Shown: one piece after another, positions 42,065 to 56,902 of the stretch
Numbering within the stretch: position 1 is the first letter of the stretch
How the letters are laid out: each line of letters starts with the position of its first letter
NCBI RefSeq assembly: GCF_009914755.1
Contig: NC_060926.1
Length of the DNA: 64,000 nt
Source of the DNA: the human T2T-CHM13v2.0 reference genome, Homo sapiens
Reading direction: 5' to 3' (one strand)
Program-made: the position numbers and the translations under genes
The notes under the pieces: generated by a model
Seen by the model: only the letters and a program-made list of their open reading frames with translations
Told to the model about the DNA's origin: nothing
Databases searched by the model: none

Positions 42065-44276
42065 TGAAAGAAGACCAAATATCTGTTTCACAATATCACC
42101 AGCTTCTTTACAATTCCTCAGTAACCTATGACTTACAATTTTCTCTAATACAACTGTAGTCTAAGTAATGTTGGCTTACATATCTTTTGATCCTTAAAGT
42201 TATATTAGTATATGTTTGTTGTACACAAACGCAGATGTATACAGATACTAGAACATTCTTTAAGGTAGCATAAGTTGGGAAACAATCTAAATGTTTATAG
42301 GTAGGGGCAGAGTCAAGTCATTCGTCCATACAATGGAGCAAGAGCTACACCGCTATAAATAGTGAGGCAAAATCTCACTCTCTGGGACAATCTCCAAGAC
42401 AGGGTGTTAAGTGAAAGAGGAAAGTGCAAGTCATTGTGTGGAGTATCCTACCATTTGTAAGAAAAGGATGTGTGGCTATTATACATGTTTGGAATATCTG
42501 GAAGGATGCACAAGGAGTTGGCAATAGTAGTTGCTTCTGGGGAGAACTAAGGAAGAGAATGGAGGGAGGGGGAAAATTACTTTTAATTATTCTCTTTTTG
42601 TTGCTTCTGAATTTTGCACCGTGTGCATTGATTACCTGTTAATAACTAAAATAATATAAAGTAAATAAATAATCAGCATATCTTACCACAGCAAAGGTGG
42701 TTTAAATAATGTCTTTAAACAATTAAATTCAATAACACTTTTAAACAGAGATTGAAGGTGGCTTCACAATGGGCAGGGAAATAATATGTGACACAGTTTG
42801 CAAGAACGAAAACCGTGTCTGAAAATCACATTAAAATGTGTTGGGAAACAGCCTGAAGAAAAACTGTTCCTAAAATAGAACCAACAATAAATAAATAAAC
42901 AAATGAAGTAAGCAATGCAAATTTCTTAAAAGCACCGGGATTCCTGTGTTTTTAAGTTATTTCTTTGTGGCCCTAACCCCAAGTTAAGTACCAGGGACTC
43001 CTTGGAACTGAATGGTACCCCATGGTGGGAAAATGGCCCATATGGTACAATTATCTAGATGATTTCAGCAAAAAATACGTCTTTGACTCAGTGTTTTATA
43101 CAATAGGAATAGATGGGGAATATTAACAAGAATTGAAACTGTGTGTGGAACCATATTCAATCAATTTCAAGTTTAATTAAACCAGCTACTCTTAACCCCT
43201 GTTCTTAAAGAGTGCCTCAAAGAGTACAGCCCTATCTACTCTTTAATATTATTAAGAATCCCAAAGGGCTTTTGTTTATGTAGGTTATATCTATTATATT
43301 TACTGCATTAGAAAATAAAACTTAGAAGCTAAAAAATTAATTCATTTAAAATTAACATTAAATCCGTAACAGGTAACATAGAATGTTTTCATGAAAAATA
43401 ATTACACTTTCCAAAACAAAACAACTAGTAAGAAGAGTGGTGTGGTTTTGAATTTTTGCAAATCTCTTTAACATTGAGCTTAATAGAAGACAGCTGGAAA
43501 GCTCAATGCTCATGTCTGCTTCTGCATTCGATCTGTGGAGTATGTGGTTTTGGTTGAAATTTATGAAGGAAATGCAACCTTATACAGAAATGTCGTTGGA
43601 AAAGAGAAATATCTTGATAGCCATCTCAGATCATCATCTCTCTCTATAAATGGATAGATTCTACACCAAAATTTGAAAAAGAGATGTTTCTTAACTACTG
43701 CTTAAAGATTGCAATGTGGAATCTGAAATCACATCAATACTTTTCATATTCTATTACATTAAAGCCCATTTGGTCTATCTTAAGCTTTAAACAGATCTTT
43801 AACCTACACATTGTTTTGTTAGATTTAGAAAATATTGCTTCTATAGATCTTCCAAATGCTGATACATTTCATTATACAATATTAACAAATTACAGTAATT
43901 GATATCACCATCCATCTAATCAGGAAAGTTTTTACACACTGGGAAGCTGCCACACTCACAGTTTCCCAAAATGCTAATTTTCACCTGAAAACTCAAATTT
44001 TATCCTTGAAAACAAAAACAAATACTGTCAGTTGTTTCCCTTAGAATGACAGGCTACTCTGCATTTTTGGGAAAATATCTACTGCCAAAATCTAAGTATG
44101 CTTTGTCTGTCAGTTGTTCTTCCAAGTGAAAATGGAAGAAACATCTTGTTGAACTCACGACTTGGGCCACTGCACAACTTCCTTTCCTCAAGACAGTCAC
44201 AGTTCTTTGATATGAGCAGAAGTGCTTCATGCATCTTCCCTTTCATCACTCTGAATACTAAAAAGATGTGTGTTGC

Positions 44277-44898
<622 letters not shown>

Positions 44899-45850
44899 AG
44901 GATGTGTGTGTTTAAGGGTCCAGATTTAATAACATTAATAATTGTTACTGTTGTTTTGTCAAGGTCATTCTGGAATGCAGCTGGGCTTTTCTTTTTCCCC
45001 CTACTGCTTGGTGATGAAGAATATCATGATTACTAGTTTGGTTTGGAGCCACCACCTTGATTCCTGCTAAGGCACTAGGAGTCTTCCCACCACAACTTTT
45101 GTACCAGCATAAATGTCAACACAGTGAAAAGATGAGTCATATCTTAATAGTATCAAAAAAATAGCTTTAACCACAAAAACTCCTTGAAAAGGACTCAGGG
45201 GTATAGGGACCACACATTGAGAACCACAGAATTAAAACACTTTAGGCTGGGGAAGTCATTATATTTTGTAATAGGACTGGAGGTAGTGTATTTTCCACCA
45301 TGTGGGTAAATGGTGGAGATTCAGACACAGTCTGTATAGCTAGTGTTTCATATCTGTCCTTATTTTTGACTCTGCGAATGGCCACCCAAGGCTGCCAAGG
45401 GCTCATCATTGAGATAGTGCTGGGCTTATTAAGCTGGATATCCTAACTCCTGGGCCTTCTGGTTTGAAAGATGTGGGGACCAGGCAGATAAGCACCAGGG
45501 CAAGCCACCTGGGCCACAGGGAAACACTCTCCCCAACAGAAACTACTTATTTTCCTCCTATTGAAAATAAGCCTCAGAGACCCAGGTGGTCAAACAACAT
45601 CAACAAAAAAAAACAAAAAACCCATTTTAATCTCATAAGTAGGTCAGAGTTGCACATTTCATGAGAACTGGGTCCAAAAGACCAGGTACCACTAATTATC
45701 CAGATATTTCAGTTGAGCTGATTTAGTGAGCAGTTTCCGTTCTGCACTTTACATTTTTATGAATACAACTGTGGATAAAGTATGCGCAGACATAGAGTAT
45801 TCTATTTCTTCTTCAAGGATATATCTCTCTATAAAGTGTATTTATTCATA

Positions 45851-46200
45851 CAGTAGCGCCCTCCTCCCGCTCCCCTTATCTGCAGTTTCTCTTTCCACGC
45901 TTTCAGTTACTCATGGTCCACTGTGGGGCTGAAAATAGATTAAGTACAGTACAGTACAATATTTTGACAGAGAGAGGCCACATTCACATACCTTTTATTA
46001 CAGCATATTGTTATAATTGTTCTATTTTATTATTATTTATTGTTAATCTCTTACGGTGACTAGTTTATAAGTTAAAATTTATCATATGTATGTATACACA
46101 GGAAAAAACATAGTATATGCAGGGTTTGGGACTATCCACAGTTTCAGGCATGCACTGCAAGTCTTGGAACTTATCCCCACCAGATAAGGGGAGACTGGTG
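45851..46200 (+). mobile_element. MER44A-like Tigger MITE
   Basis: TA|CAGTAG...CCCCTTATCTG and terminal CAGATAAGGGGAGACT inverted repeat. Confidence 0.8.
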
Positions 46201-46299
46201 TGTAATATTTGTATACAAGTATTTTCTTTAGTATATGTCTGTCCACAAAGTAGGCTTTCCTATACCCATACATCAGAAAGACAGACATGTAGATCTATA

Positions 46300-47085
46300 G
46301 AAGGCCACTGGAGAATCAAAATATGCCAAACCAAAATATGTCACACCAGAATATGCCACTTTGGCATAAGGATTTTTAAAAAATTTTTTTATTTTCATAG
46401 GTTTTTCGGAACTGGTGGTGTTTGGTTACGTAAGTAAGTTCTTTAGTGGTGATTTGTGAAATTTGGGTGCACCCGTCACCCAAGCAGTAGACACTGCACC
46501 CAATTTGTAGTCTTTTATCCCTCACCCCCTTCCCACCCTTTCTCCAAGAGTCCCCAAAGTCTATTGCATCATTTGTATAAGGATTGTTTTGAGGTGAAGG
46601 CAATTAAGAAGCAGCAAATGCAGAAAAAGGAGGACATAAATTTCCCTTTGTGAAGGTGTTTCTCCTCCCATCTTCCATACCAAGAGGAGACCAACTCTTG
46701 TCACTGGAAACAGAAAGTCAGCACCAAGACAGGTCTGCACAAACAAACCTCACCAATATCACCCTTATCTTTCATTAGGTTCCCCTATATGTGTACTCTC
46801 CCAGTCCTAGAAGCCCAGGTTGCTTTTTGCTTGTTTTGTTACTTCTCTGCAAATTTATCACCCTTTGTTAAAATGGTATATAAACTCCTGGGTCTAACAG
46901 CCTCTTTGGTTCTTCACTTCTTTTCTATGAATGTCCCTTCACATAAAAATTAAAATAATAACATAAAATAAGATTTGTCTGTCTTTTCTCCTGATGGTCT
47001 CACTTTTGCCAGTGTAATTAACAGACCCCAGCTAAGGAACAGAAGAAGGTTGAGGAAAAGTTTTATTTTCCTCCCCTATACTACA
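46300..47085 (+). mobile_element. MER34-family LTR with an antisense L1MA 3' fragment (~46375-46572)
   Basis: AATATGCCACTTTGGCATAAGGATT start motif; ATAAGGATT duplicated around the L1 piece. Confidence 0.65.
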
Positions 47086-47235
47086 TAGTCCAGTATGACT
47101 GAACATGCATTGTCATTAAGGGAAAGTGTTCAGTTGAGGGTGGGAGGGGATGCATTGGCCAAGGTCTCAAGAGGAGAAGTGACTGCTTGGATTCAGTTCT
47201 TCATTTGCTCAAAGATAAGCCACCCAATGCCCCAT

Positions 47236-47693
47236 TGTGTTAGTCTGCCAGGGCTGTCATCACAAAGTACCACACACTGGATGGCTTAAACAACAGAAAT
47301 TTATTGTCTCCAAGTTTTGGAAGCTGGAAGTCCAAGATCAAGGTGTCAGCAGGGTTGGTCCCTTCTGAGGGCTGTGAGGGAGCATTTGCTCCATGCCTCT
47401 CCCTAGCTGCTGGTGGTTTGCTGGCAATCTTTGGCATCCCTTGGCTTGTAGACTCACTTCCCTGATCTCTGTCTTCACGTGGACATAGTATCTCCCTGTG
47501 TGTGCGTCTGCCCAAATGTCCCCCTAATATCCCCTTTTACAAGGGCACCACTCATATTGGATTAGGGATACCCTAATGACCTCCTCTTAACTAATTACTC
47601 GGTAACAACCCCATTTCCGAATAAGGCCATAGAGTTATTAGGAGTTACGGCTTCAGCATATCAATTTGGGGGAGAGACACTCAACCCATAACA
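47236..47693 (-). mobile_element. MLT1 (MaLR) solo LTR
   Basis: TGTGTTAGTCTGCCAGGGCTG...GGCTTAAACAACAGAAATTTATT...CAACCCATAACA. Confidence 0.87.
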
Positions 47694-47795
47694 CCTTCAC
47701 TAATAATAGTAGCAAATTATTCATAACTAATAGTAACATGAGGAAGAATCTAACAGATGTGGGGCAGAGAGAGGGATGGCGAGGAGGAACTAGTG

Positions 47796-48137
47796 CAGAT
47801 ATCCCTAACCTTTTTGGCACCAGGGACCCATTTTGTGGAAGACAATTTTTCCATGAATTGGGAGGTGGGGGGCAGAGGGTTTCAGGATGAAACTGTTCCA
47901 ACTCAGATAATCAGGCATTAGATTCTCACAAGGGGCATGCAACCTAGATCCCTCACATGTGCAGCTCACATTAGGGTTCATGCTCCTGTAAGTATCTAAC
48001 GCCTCCACTGATCTGACAGGAGGTGGAGCTCAGTGGGGAATGCTTCTCGCCTGCTGCTCACCTCCTGCTGTGTGGCTGGGTTCCTAACAGGCCATGAACC
48101 AAGTACCGGTCTATGGCCTGGGGACTGGGGACCCCTG
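47796..48137. mobile_element. MER1B hAT MITE
   Basis: MER1-type interior and perfect 8-bp TSD AACTAGTG at 47788-47795 and 48138-48145. Confidence 0.88.
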
Positions 48138-48676
48138 AACTAGTGGGACAAGTTTTAGGAGAAAACGGGGCTCCATCCACACCATGAGAATGGGGCACTG
48201 GGGTTGTACAGAGCCAGTGGTGGCCCAGTGTCCCTGTCCTATACTGGATCCAGCTCATGAGACAGATGCAGTTTATGGTCAGACTCCATGTGGTCCAGTG
48301 CTCCCTTGATAAAGAAGGTAATCCAATGGGAAGAAAGTGAACTGTCCCTGGTCCCATCGTCACTGGGTTCTCTCTGGCTTGTAAGGACAGCCAGTTTCAC
48401 ATGGAATGTCTGGGACAGAGTCCACACAAATTTGATTTGGTGTCAGTGATCTGGGGCTTTGTGGCAATGTTCTGCCCTGCTTGAGGTTACAGGCCAAAGT
48501 TCAAAGACCAGCAACCCAAAAGCCTGGTCACTGGAGTGTAGATGCTGGGTGGAGTATTCACAAGCACGCTACAGAAGGCCCAATGCCTGAAGTTAAGACC
48601 ATAAGCTCAACTCTCCTGATCAAAAAGACAAACACTATTCTCTTAACACAAATGCTGTCTCTAGGACAAATGCTAT

Positions 48677-50002
48677 CAGGATGATGAAAATCAATTTTCT
48701 GCCCATTTTTTGTTGTTGTTGTTGTTGTGACAGATCTCTGGCAACAAAATGCTCCAGATGAAAGAAATCAAAATTAAATACTGTCTGCAGTTTAACACTG
48801 CCACCAAATTCCATCTTTAGGTTGATTTTTGTGTCCTCTTTATCAAAAGGCTGCTTGATTGAGAAAGTGTCTAGCTCAGTTATACTATGGCTTGCATTGA
48901 CCAAGAGAGGTATCCCAGCCTCATGACACTGATATCGTAACTGTCAAATGGAGGCACTTCTGTGATGCAGAGGGCACAGTTCCATGCATGAGCTTGCAAT
49001 GCAGTCTCTGCCATCAGGGACTCAACATTCTAGGATTTAGTTTTCCAGATCTGTTTCTTTGATTTAATGGAAAAGATGTTTCTATTACCCACCATGCTAG
49101 TTTTATATTAAGACCAGAGTTCACTGGTACATCTTTTTGTTCCCATCAGCTTTTTGCCCCTCCTGGGGTCCTGTTGCGTGCATTGGCAGCGTAGCTCAGA
49201 GGAGTTGCCCTAGGAAAGAATCACGGTGGAGGGCAGTCCTTCCCCACATACATGCAAGTCCTCCAACACCATGCATGTCCAGCAGCAATCTTGGCCGCGT
49301 TGTGGACCAGAAAGGAAAAGCCATAGTAAGAAACAGCTGTTTGGCTTGAAGATGTGTTGGTTTGCTTATGTTTGTAACTTGTTTGCTTTTATGCTTTGGG
49401 TTTTCAAGATGCTGGTGTTATTGGTGAGAATGGCAAGAACTCCCATGCCTTGTGAACCATAACCAGCTCCTGGCATTCTCAAGTTGGTGGCAAGATGCAT
49501 ATGGAGGTGCATGTCATGTGCATGGGAATTGCAGGGGCCCTATGTGGATGGATCCTTGGTGCTTCTCAGATAAGACAAAACTACTTAGGAAGCAAAACTG
49601 TGATGGGAATAGTGGATCACATATAAGAGAAATATTTTTTTTATTTATAGTTTCCTCTTGGTTTAATTTACTTTTTCATTATAGGATTATAGCTCTAGAT
49701 AAGACATGATCTACAAACTAAACCACAAGCCACTTAGAGACAACAGGACCATGAAAATCAATTTTCCGCTAATTTGTTGTTGTTGTTATTGTTGTGACAG
49801 ATGTGATTCATCTCTGGCAAAAAAAAAAAAAAAAAATGCTCCAGGTGAGAGAAATCAAAATTAAATACTGTCTGGAGTTTAATACTGCCACGAGATTGCA
49901 TCTTTAGGTTGATTTTTTTGTCCTGTTTATTTTATCAATTGATTACTTGATTGAGAAAAGGATTGTCTGTATCAGTTATACTACAGGTTGCATTGTACAA
50001 GA
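48677..50002 (+). repeat. Diverged direct repeat pair (48677-48906 and 49744-50002)
   Basis: Collinear shared blocks ATGAAAATCAATTTTC, TTGTTGTGACAGAT, GAAATCAAAATTAAATACTGTCTG, CATCTTTAGGTTGATTTTT, CTTGATTGAGAAA, TCAGTTATACTA. Confidence 0.9.
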
Positions 50003-50772
50003 TACCAAAATCATTGCAGAACCACTGTTTTTCGTTCTGACAGTTTTACTCAATAGACACTGTACCTCTCAGATAACTAGGAAACGAGAGTAAAGTCTTC
50101 CGTCAATAATGTCAGAACACTAATTTACTCTCCCACTTCTTTCCTTTTCCTGCAGCTCAGACGGCATGGGAACCCATTACAACTCCCTCATAGTGGAAAG
50201 CAAGCTGAGGATGCTTGCATTGGGCCTGACTCAGGAAGTGGTATCAAGCGTCAGGTCCCTGGGGCAGCTCTTCCATTCCTCTCTCTGATGTTTGCCCCCA
50301 GAGGAATGAAGATTCTTCTAGATTTTAGTACAGAATGGAGGCTGTCAGTGATACCCATATGTTAGAAAAAGCCAACAGAGCAATAATGTCTCCAAAAAAT
50401 GAAACATGCAGCTTTTAGAATGATTGGAAATTACAGTTCGATTTTGAATTATTTGCAAGCCACTTGAAGATTTCATAAACCTATTGCATCAACTCTAACA
50501 ATAGTCCTTTACTGGTATAATTATCTGCATTTTGCAGGAGTAGAGATTGAGGTACAAACAGAGGACACATTTTGCTTGCCTGAGGCTTCGATGAAACTTC
50601 TGACAATATCAGGGGACATATTTATACTTCTAACAGTATTTTTAGCTATTTGATAGACAACAGTTGCTTCTCTTTTCAAAGATCACAGCCATTGAGGAAT
50701 CCACCATATTTCTGTAGCAGGAAGAATGTTTATCTCTGTGTCTTGTCTTTCTGGTTAAAGGTATTTACTTCC

Positions 50773-52195
50773 ATCGCACTACCTGACTTCAAACTATATT
50801 ACAAGGCTACAGTAACAAAAACAGCATGGTACTGGTACCAAAACAGATATATAGACCAGTGGAACATAACAGAGGCCTCAGAAACAACACCACACATCTA
50901 CAACCATCTGATCTTTGACAAACCTGACAAACACCAGAAATAGGGAAAGGATTCCCAATTATATAAATGGTGTTGGGAAAACTGGCTAGCCATATGCAGA
51001 AAGCTGAAACTGGATCCCTTCCTTACACCTTGTACAAAAATTGACTCAAGATGGGTTAAAGACTTAAACATAAGACCTGAAACCATAAAAACCCTAGAAG
51101 AAAACCTAGGCAATACCATTCAGGACATAGGCATGGGCAAAGACTTCATGACTAAAACACCAAAAGCAATGGCAACAAAAGCCCAAATAGACAAATGGGA
51201 TCTAATTAAACTAAAGAGCTTCTGAACAGTAAAATCAACTATCATCAGAGTTGAACAGGCAACCTACAGAATGGGAGAAAATTTTTGCAATCTAGCCATC
51301 TGACAAAGGGCTAATATCCAGAATCTACAAGAACTTAAACAAATTTACAAGAAAAAACAAACAACCCCATCAAAAAGTGGGCAAAGGATATGAACAGACG
51401 CTTCTCAAAAGAAGACATTTATGCAGCCAACAGACACATGAAAAAATGCTCATCATCACTGGCCATCAGAGAAACGCAAATCAAAACCACAACGAGATAC
51501 CATCTCATGCCAGTTAGAATGCTGATCATTAAAAAGTCAGGAAACAACAGATGCTGGAGAGGATGTGGAGAAATAGGAGCACTTTAACATTGTTGGTGGG
51601 AGTGTAAATTAGTTCAACCATTGTGGAAGACAGTGTGGTTATTCCTCAAGGATCTAGAACTAGAATTACCATTTCACCCAGCAATCCCATTACTGGGTAT
51701 ATACCCAAAGGATTATAAATCATTCTGCTATAAAGATACATGCACACATATGTTTATTGTGGCACTGTTCACAATAGCAAAGACTTGGAACCAACCCAAA
51801 TGCCCATCAATGATAGACTGGGTAAAGAAAAAGTGGCACATATACACCATGGAATACTATGCAGCCATAAAAAGGATAAGTTCATGTCCTTTGCAGGGAA
51901 ATGGATGAAGCTGGAACATTCTCAGCAAGCTAACACAGGAACAGAAAACCAAACACCACATGTTCTCACTCATAAGTGGGAGTTGAACAATGAGAACACA
52001 TGGACACACGGAGGGGAACATCACACACCAGGACCTGTCAGGGAGTGGGGGCCTGGGAGAGGGATAGCATTAGGAGAAATACCTAATGTAGATGATGGAT
52101 TGATGGTTGCAGCAAACCACCGTGGCACATGTGTACCTATGTAACAAACCTGCACATTCCGTACATGTACCCCAGAACTTAAAGTATATATATAT
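50773..52195 (+). mobile_element. 5'-truncated L1PA (L1PA7/8-like), ORF2 3' part with stops and frameshifts
   Basis: [23 protein letters not shown] and later ORF2 peptides, plus 3' UTR. Confidence 0.95.
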
Positions 52196-53226
52196 TGTAG
52201 GGAAAAGAAAGAGAGATCAGACTGTCACTGTGTCTATGTAGAAAGGGAAGACATAAGAGACTCCATTTTGAAAAAGACCTGTACTTTAAACAATTGCTTT
52301 GCTGAGATGTTGTTAATTTGTAGCTTTGCCCCAGCCACTTTGCCTCAGCCACTTTGACCCAACTTGGAGCTCACAAAAACATGTGTTGTATAAAATCAAG
52401 GTTTTAAGGGACCTAGGGCTGTGCAGGACGTGCCTTGTTAACAAAATATTTACAAGCAGTATACTTGGTAAAGGTCATTGCCATTCTCTAGTCTCAATAA
52501 ACCAGGGGCACAATGCACTGCAGAAAGCCGCAGGGAACTCTGCCCTTGAAAGCAGGGTATTGTCCAAGGTTTCTCCCCATGTGATAGTCTGAAATATGGC
52601 CTTGTGGGATGAGAAAGACCTGACTGTCCCCCAGCCCAACACCCGTAAAGGGTCTGTGCTGAGGTGGATTAGTAAAAGAGGAAAGCCTCTTGCAGTTGAG
52701 ATGGAGGAAGGCCACTGTCTCCTGCTTGCCCCTGGGAACTGAATGTCTCGGTGTAAAACCCGATTGTACATTTGTTCAACTCTGAGATAGGAGAAAAGCT
52801 GCCCTGTGGCGGGAGACGAGACATGTTTGCAGTAATACTGCCTTGTTATTCTTTACTCCACTGAGATGTTTGGGTGGAGAGAAACATAAATCTGGCTTAC
52901 GTGCACGTCCAGTCATAGTACCTTCCCTTGAACCTAATTATGACATAGATTCTTTTGCTCACATGTTTTTTGCTGACCTTCTCCTTATTATCACGCTGCT
53001 CTCCTACTACATTCCTTTTTGCTGAAATAATGAAAATAATAATCAATAAAAACTGAGGGAATTCAGAGGCCGGTGCCGGTGCAGGTCCTTGGTGTGCTGA
53101 GCGCCGGTCCCCTGGGCCCACTATTGTTTCTCTATACTTTGTCTCTGTGTCTTATTTCTTTTCTCAGTCTCTCGTCCCACCCAACTAGAAATACCCACAG
53201 GTGTGGAGGGGCAGGCCACTCCTTCA
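52196..53226 (+). mobile_element. HERV-K(HML-2)-group solo LTR (LTR5A/LTR5B type), 1031 bp
   Basis: TGTAGGGAAAAGAAAGAGAGATCAGACTG...GGGGCAGGCCACTCCTTCA; AATAAA at 53045; TATAT on both sides. Confidence 0.93.
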
Positions 53227-56200
53227 TATATAATATAGATGTATTTGGTATTTGCTTCCTCTTCGGCAATGTAATGGCCACACTATGTCATCATCGGGGG
53301 TGTCTTTCTATCTTGCATGCAAGCTTTTACCCGGTGCATTTGTCAAAGTGCTCTTAGCTCTTGGAAAAACAGGTTCTCTGCTGCCATAAGGAAGTGAGAA
53401 GAAAAGAACTTTCCAGCTTTCTAAAAGGCAATGTGCATTCTGTCTTAGCCACTTCCCATCACCCCCAGCCCCACTAGGAAAAGTCAGTATTCATTTTTGA
53501 CGTATAAAAGTAATTGCATCTATGTTACCTTAACCAGGCTCCATAATTCAAGTCAAAAGTAACCAAAAGCAGAATGAAAAACACATGGTAAAGAATGGAA
53601 ACAGCATGGTCTATTAAAATACCTTTGCAGTTTGCTTTTATCTCTCCTTCCAGACATCCTGCCTAGGGTCACTCTCTTCTGCTCTGCAGCAGGGTCACCC
53701 TCCTCCCTTCCCTGAGCCAGCAGTCCTGGAAGGCAGCCTTTGATGTGAGGGCTCCCCACTCCTGCACCTACCTTCTGCAAAATTACAGGAAGAGGCTAGA
53801 AGCCCCTGTGCTGCTGCAAAGACCCCGAAACAATGCAGAAGGGGGGCCAGGCACTCAGGCGGAGATATTTTCCACTTATGTTGTGGCACAGAAGGGAGGT
53901 GCATGAGAACACACGCACAGCAACACCCAGCACTCCCACACTTAGGCACAAATAGTGCTGGGGTGCAGATGCTGCCGAGGAGGTGTGGGGTTGCTGAGAA
54001 TTAGCCGGGTTGCTTTGAAGCTTCTCAGAGATCTCTACTCACATGGCCCTTATCACTCCTTGGTGAATGGTGCAAGGTTTTGGCTTTTTCTTTCTTTTCC
54101 TTTTTCGATAAAGACTTATGTTGATAGAACTGATCAAATAGGAAGGCATTTCGTTGGCTCTAGCCTAAAGGATCAAACTAAGCCATCTGCAGAGAATGGA
54201 GGATGCCTGAGAGGGGTGTGTAGGAGTAAGAGAGCCGCCCTTGGCACTGTAAGAATCCAGGCGAAAGGAAAAAGAAAACCTGCAAAGATGGTTTATAGCA
54301 GGGGACTGCAAATTTTGGTGGCTGCCCACACCAGGAAGTACATTTTTTACATCATAACCACATCAATCACCCTCACATTTAATGCTAGAAAAATATACTG
54401 TCATGAAAAAATTCTGGAAAGAATTTCTTACTATGTGAAAAGCATTCTATTCCCTTTAATTCTATTTTTTCCTGCTCTAGTCAATTTCATTTTGTTGTTA
54501 AAAATATGCTGATCTCAATCCACTGAACTGATTTCATGACCCATGATATGCACTATGAAACTCACCCGGAGCTTGAAACACTTCTGTTTCAGTGAAGTCT
54601 GGACAAGAGAGAGTGTCTTGTGAACATGTGGAGAGGGCAGCAGAAAAGCACCTCAATTTAGAACAATGTCACAAAAGAAAAGTGAGCTCCGGGGCTTGGG
54701 GGATGGAGGTGCAACTCTCAAATGTCAATAATCAATAGGATAAACGTGTCCCTGACTTTCGAACAGAGGCCCTTGTGAGGGAGTTACATCATTGGTCTGC
54801 CTCAAAAGAAACTTTATTCAGCATTTCTTGTCTTGCATGTGAAAGGAATGAGAGTGTTTGAGGTTGCAGGCAAGCATTTAGATGTTGAATAATCCCTCTA
54901 AACCATTGTGCTTACAGCTAAGGCAGCTTCACTAGGCCCTGGGTGCCTGGGTGTGAGGCTTTGGGCTCAGAGAAGGGACCCCCTCTGACAGGGCCCCGAG
55001 AACCAGCAGTTACACCTGTGGACCTCACATACTTATTAAAAGTGCTCTCAAAAGTGCCTCAGTTTGGACCATAAATTCAATAGTCACTCTAAGTATGAAT
55101 AACTGAGGAAAGTATGTCTAGAGTATGCAGTCTACTTTATTCTTATTGCTTTGTCACAAAAACACACAGCCCATGTAAATTCACCTCTGATTTCTAACAC
55201 TGTGATGCTCACATTAAGCAAAGGATCAAAGCAACTGGGTACCAGGTAAGTAATCCTGTTCTGAGAACTCATGGTCATAAAAGGTCTCAGTCAACTAGAA
55301 GCCTGCTGAGGGTGGCCCCTAGTCTTTCCCACCTGGAGGAACAAAGGTCCTTTTAGATTCCAGTCCTGGAGGCCCTGAGCCACCCCCAAGTGAGTGGAGG
55401 TATGCGTATATGTGTAAGGGCGGCCCGTGCCACCCATAGGTGAGGTCTGGACATAGCTCAGCTGACACAGATTTGGGAGCCAGGGGCTTGCTGAGCTGTG
55501 AACACCCCATCTTCCCCAAACTACAGCTCATCTCCAGCTTCTAGTTTCCCTGCAACCCCACTTCTTTTGTACCCAAATAATTCTCATGTCCTGTTGACTT
55601 GCTCCCTCCCTGGTGGATCAAACCTGGCTGGTTTGCTGGGCCTTGGAATTACCTTCGGGATCTTTCCATCCCTGAGAGGTTGGGCTCCTCATAGGCCGCC
55701 AGCCTGACTCGGAGGACCGTCTACTACCCTCTCCTGCGGACAGGCCCGCCCATGGCTGCCCCATGACCATGCTTGCCCTGTCCCTTGGCTTCGTGTGGGT
55801 CAGCTTGTTCTGCCACCTTGCTAGGCTGGTTCCTGGAGCTTCTATCTGTTGTGGCCTGGGTTGCCACGCTCTCCCTGGTCACCTGTGTGCCCGGACCCTG
55901 TGTCCCTCACTGGAGCACTCTGAGCTAGGCCGCCTCAGCTCTTCCTTACCTGCTCCTCTTACTGTGGGGATCCTGCTTCCAGGTCTGCCCTTGGCGGCTG
56001 CTCTGTACTCTGTACAGACACCCTGTTGGATGGGAGGCATGTCATGGCCTGTCCCCATGCTAGGCTTTCATTTTTACTTTGTAACCTACTTTTATCAAAC
56101 GTCTGTGGTTGCTTAAAAGTCAATAATATATTTGGAGATGGGGTGAGATGGATTGTTTTAAACCTTACCTTCATAAGATAAAACAATGTTGAAAGTTAAC

Positions 56201-56423
56201 TGTGAGCCTTTGGCGTCCTATACTGCAGAGGAGAAGGGCAGAAGGGGATGACCTGTCCTGTTTAATGTGGCATACAAAACCTGAATCTGGGATCCAGAGG
56301 TTTCCACCCTCCCTCCACTGCCACAAGGGGGAAAAAGGACTTAATAAACACCAAAGACTTTGCCCCACAATATGATGGTCAAGAAATCGGCTGGGAGTCA
56401 AATCGCAGTTCTGCCTCTTAGTA

Positions 56424-56902
56424 ATTGGTAGCAAAATGATGGTCTCCCAAAATGTGCACATCTGAATTCCTGGAACCCATGAATATGACACCTTACATGG
56501 CAAGAGGGGCTTTGCAGATGTGATTAAGTTAAGGATCATGAGATAGGGGGATTATTCTACATTATCTGGACATCCCCCAATGTAATCACCAGTGTCCTTA
56601 TATATGAAAGATGGAGACAGGAGAGCCAGGGTGAAAGAGAAATGTGAAGATGCTATGCTCTGGGCTTTGAAGATAGAAGAAGGGGCCATGAGCCAAGGAA
56701 CGTAGGTAGCTTCCAGAAGCTGGAAAAGGTGGGGAAACATTCCTTCTCTAGAGCCTCCAGAATGCAGCCCTGCTGATACCTTGATTCTGGCCTAGTGAGA
56801 CCTGTTTCAGACTTCTGACCTCCAAAAATGAAAGTAAATTTGTGTTGCTTTAAGACAGTAAGTTTATGGTAATTTGCTACGGCATCCATAGGAAACTAGT
56901 AC
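56424..56902 (+). mobile_element. MLT1 (MaLR) solo LTR
   Basis: TTTGCAGATGTGATTAAGTTAAGGAT...GGAAACTAGTACA. Confidence 0.87.

Noticed and set aside
50650-52144. L1 ORF2-like peptides
   Set aside because: 5'-truncated with stops and frameshifts; not an active element or gene.
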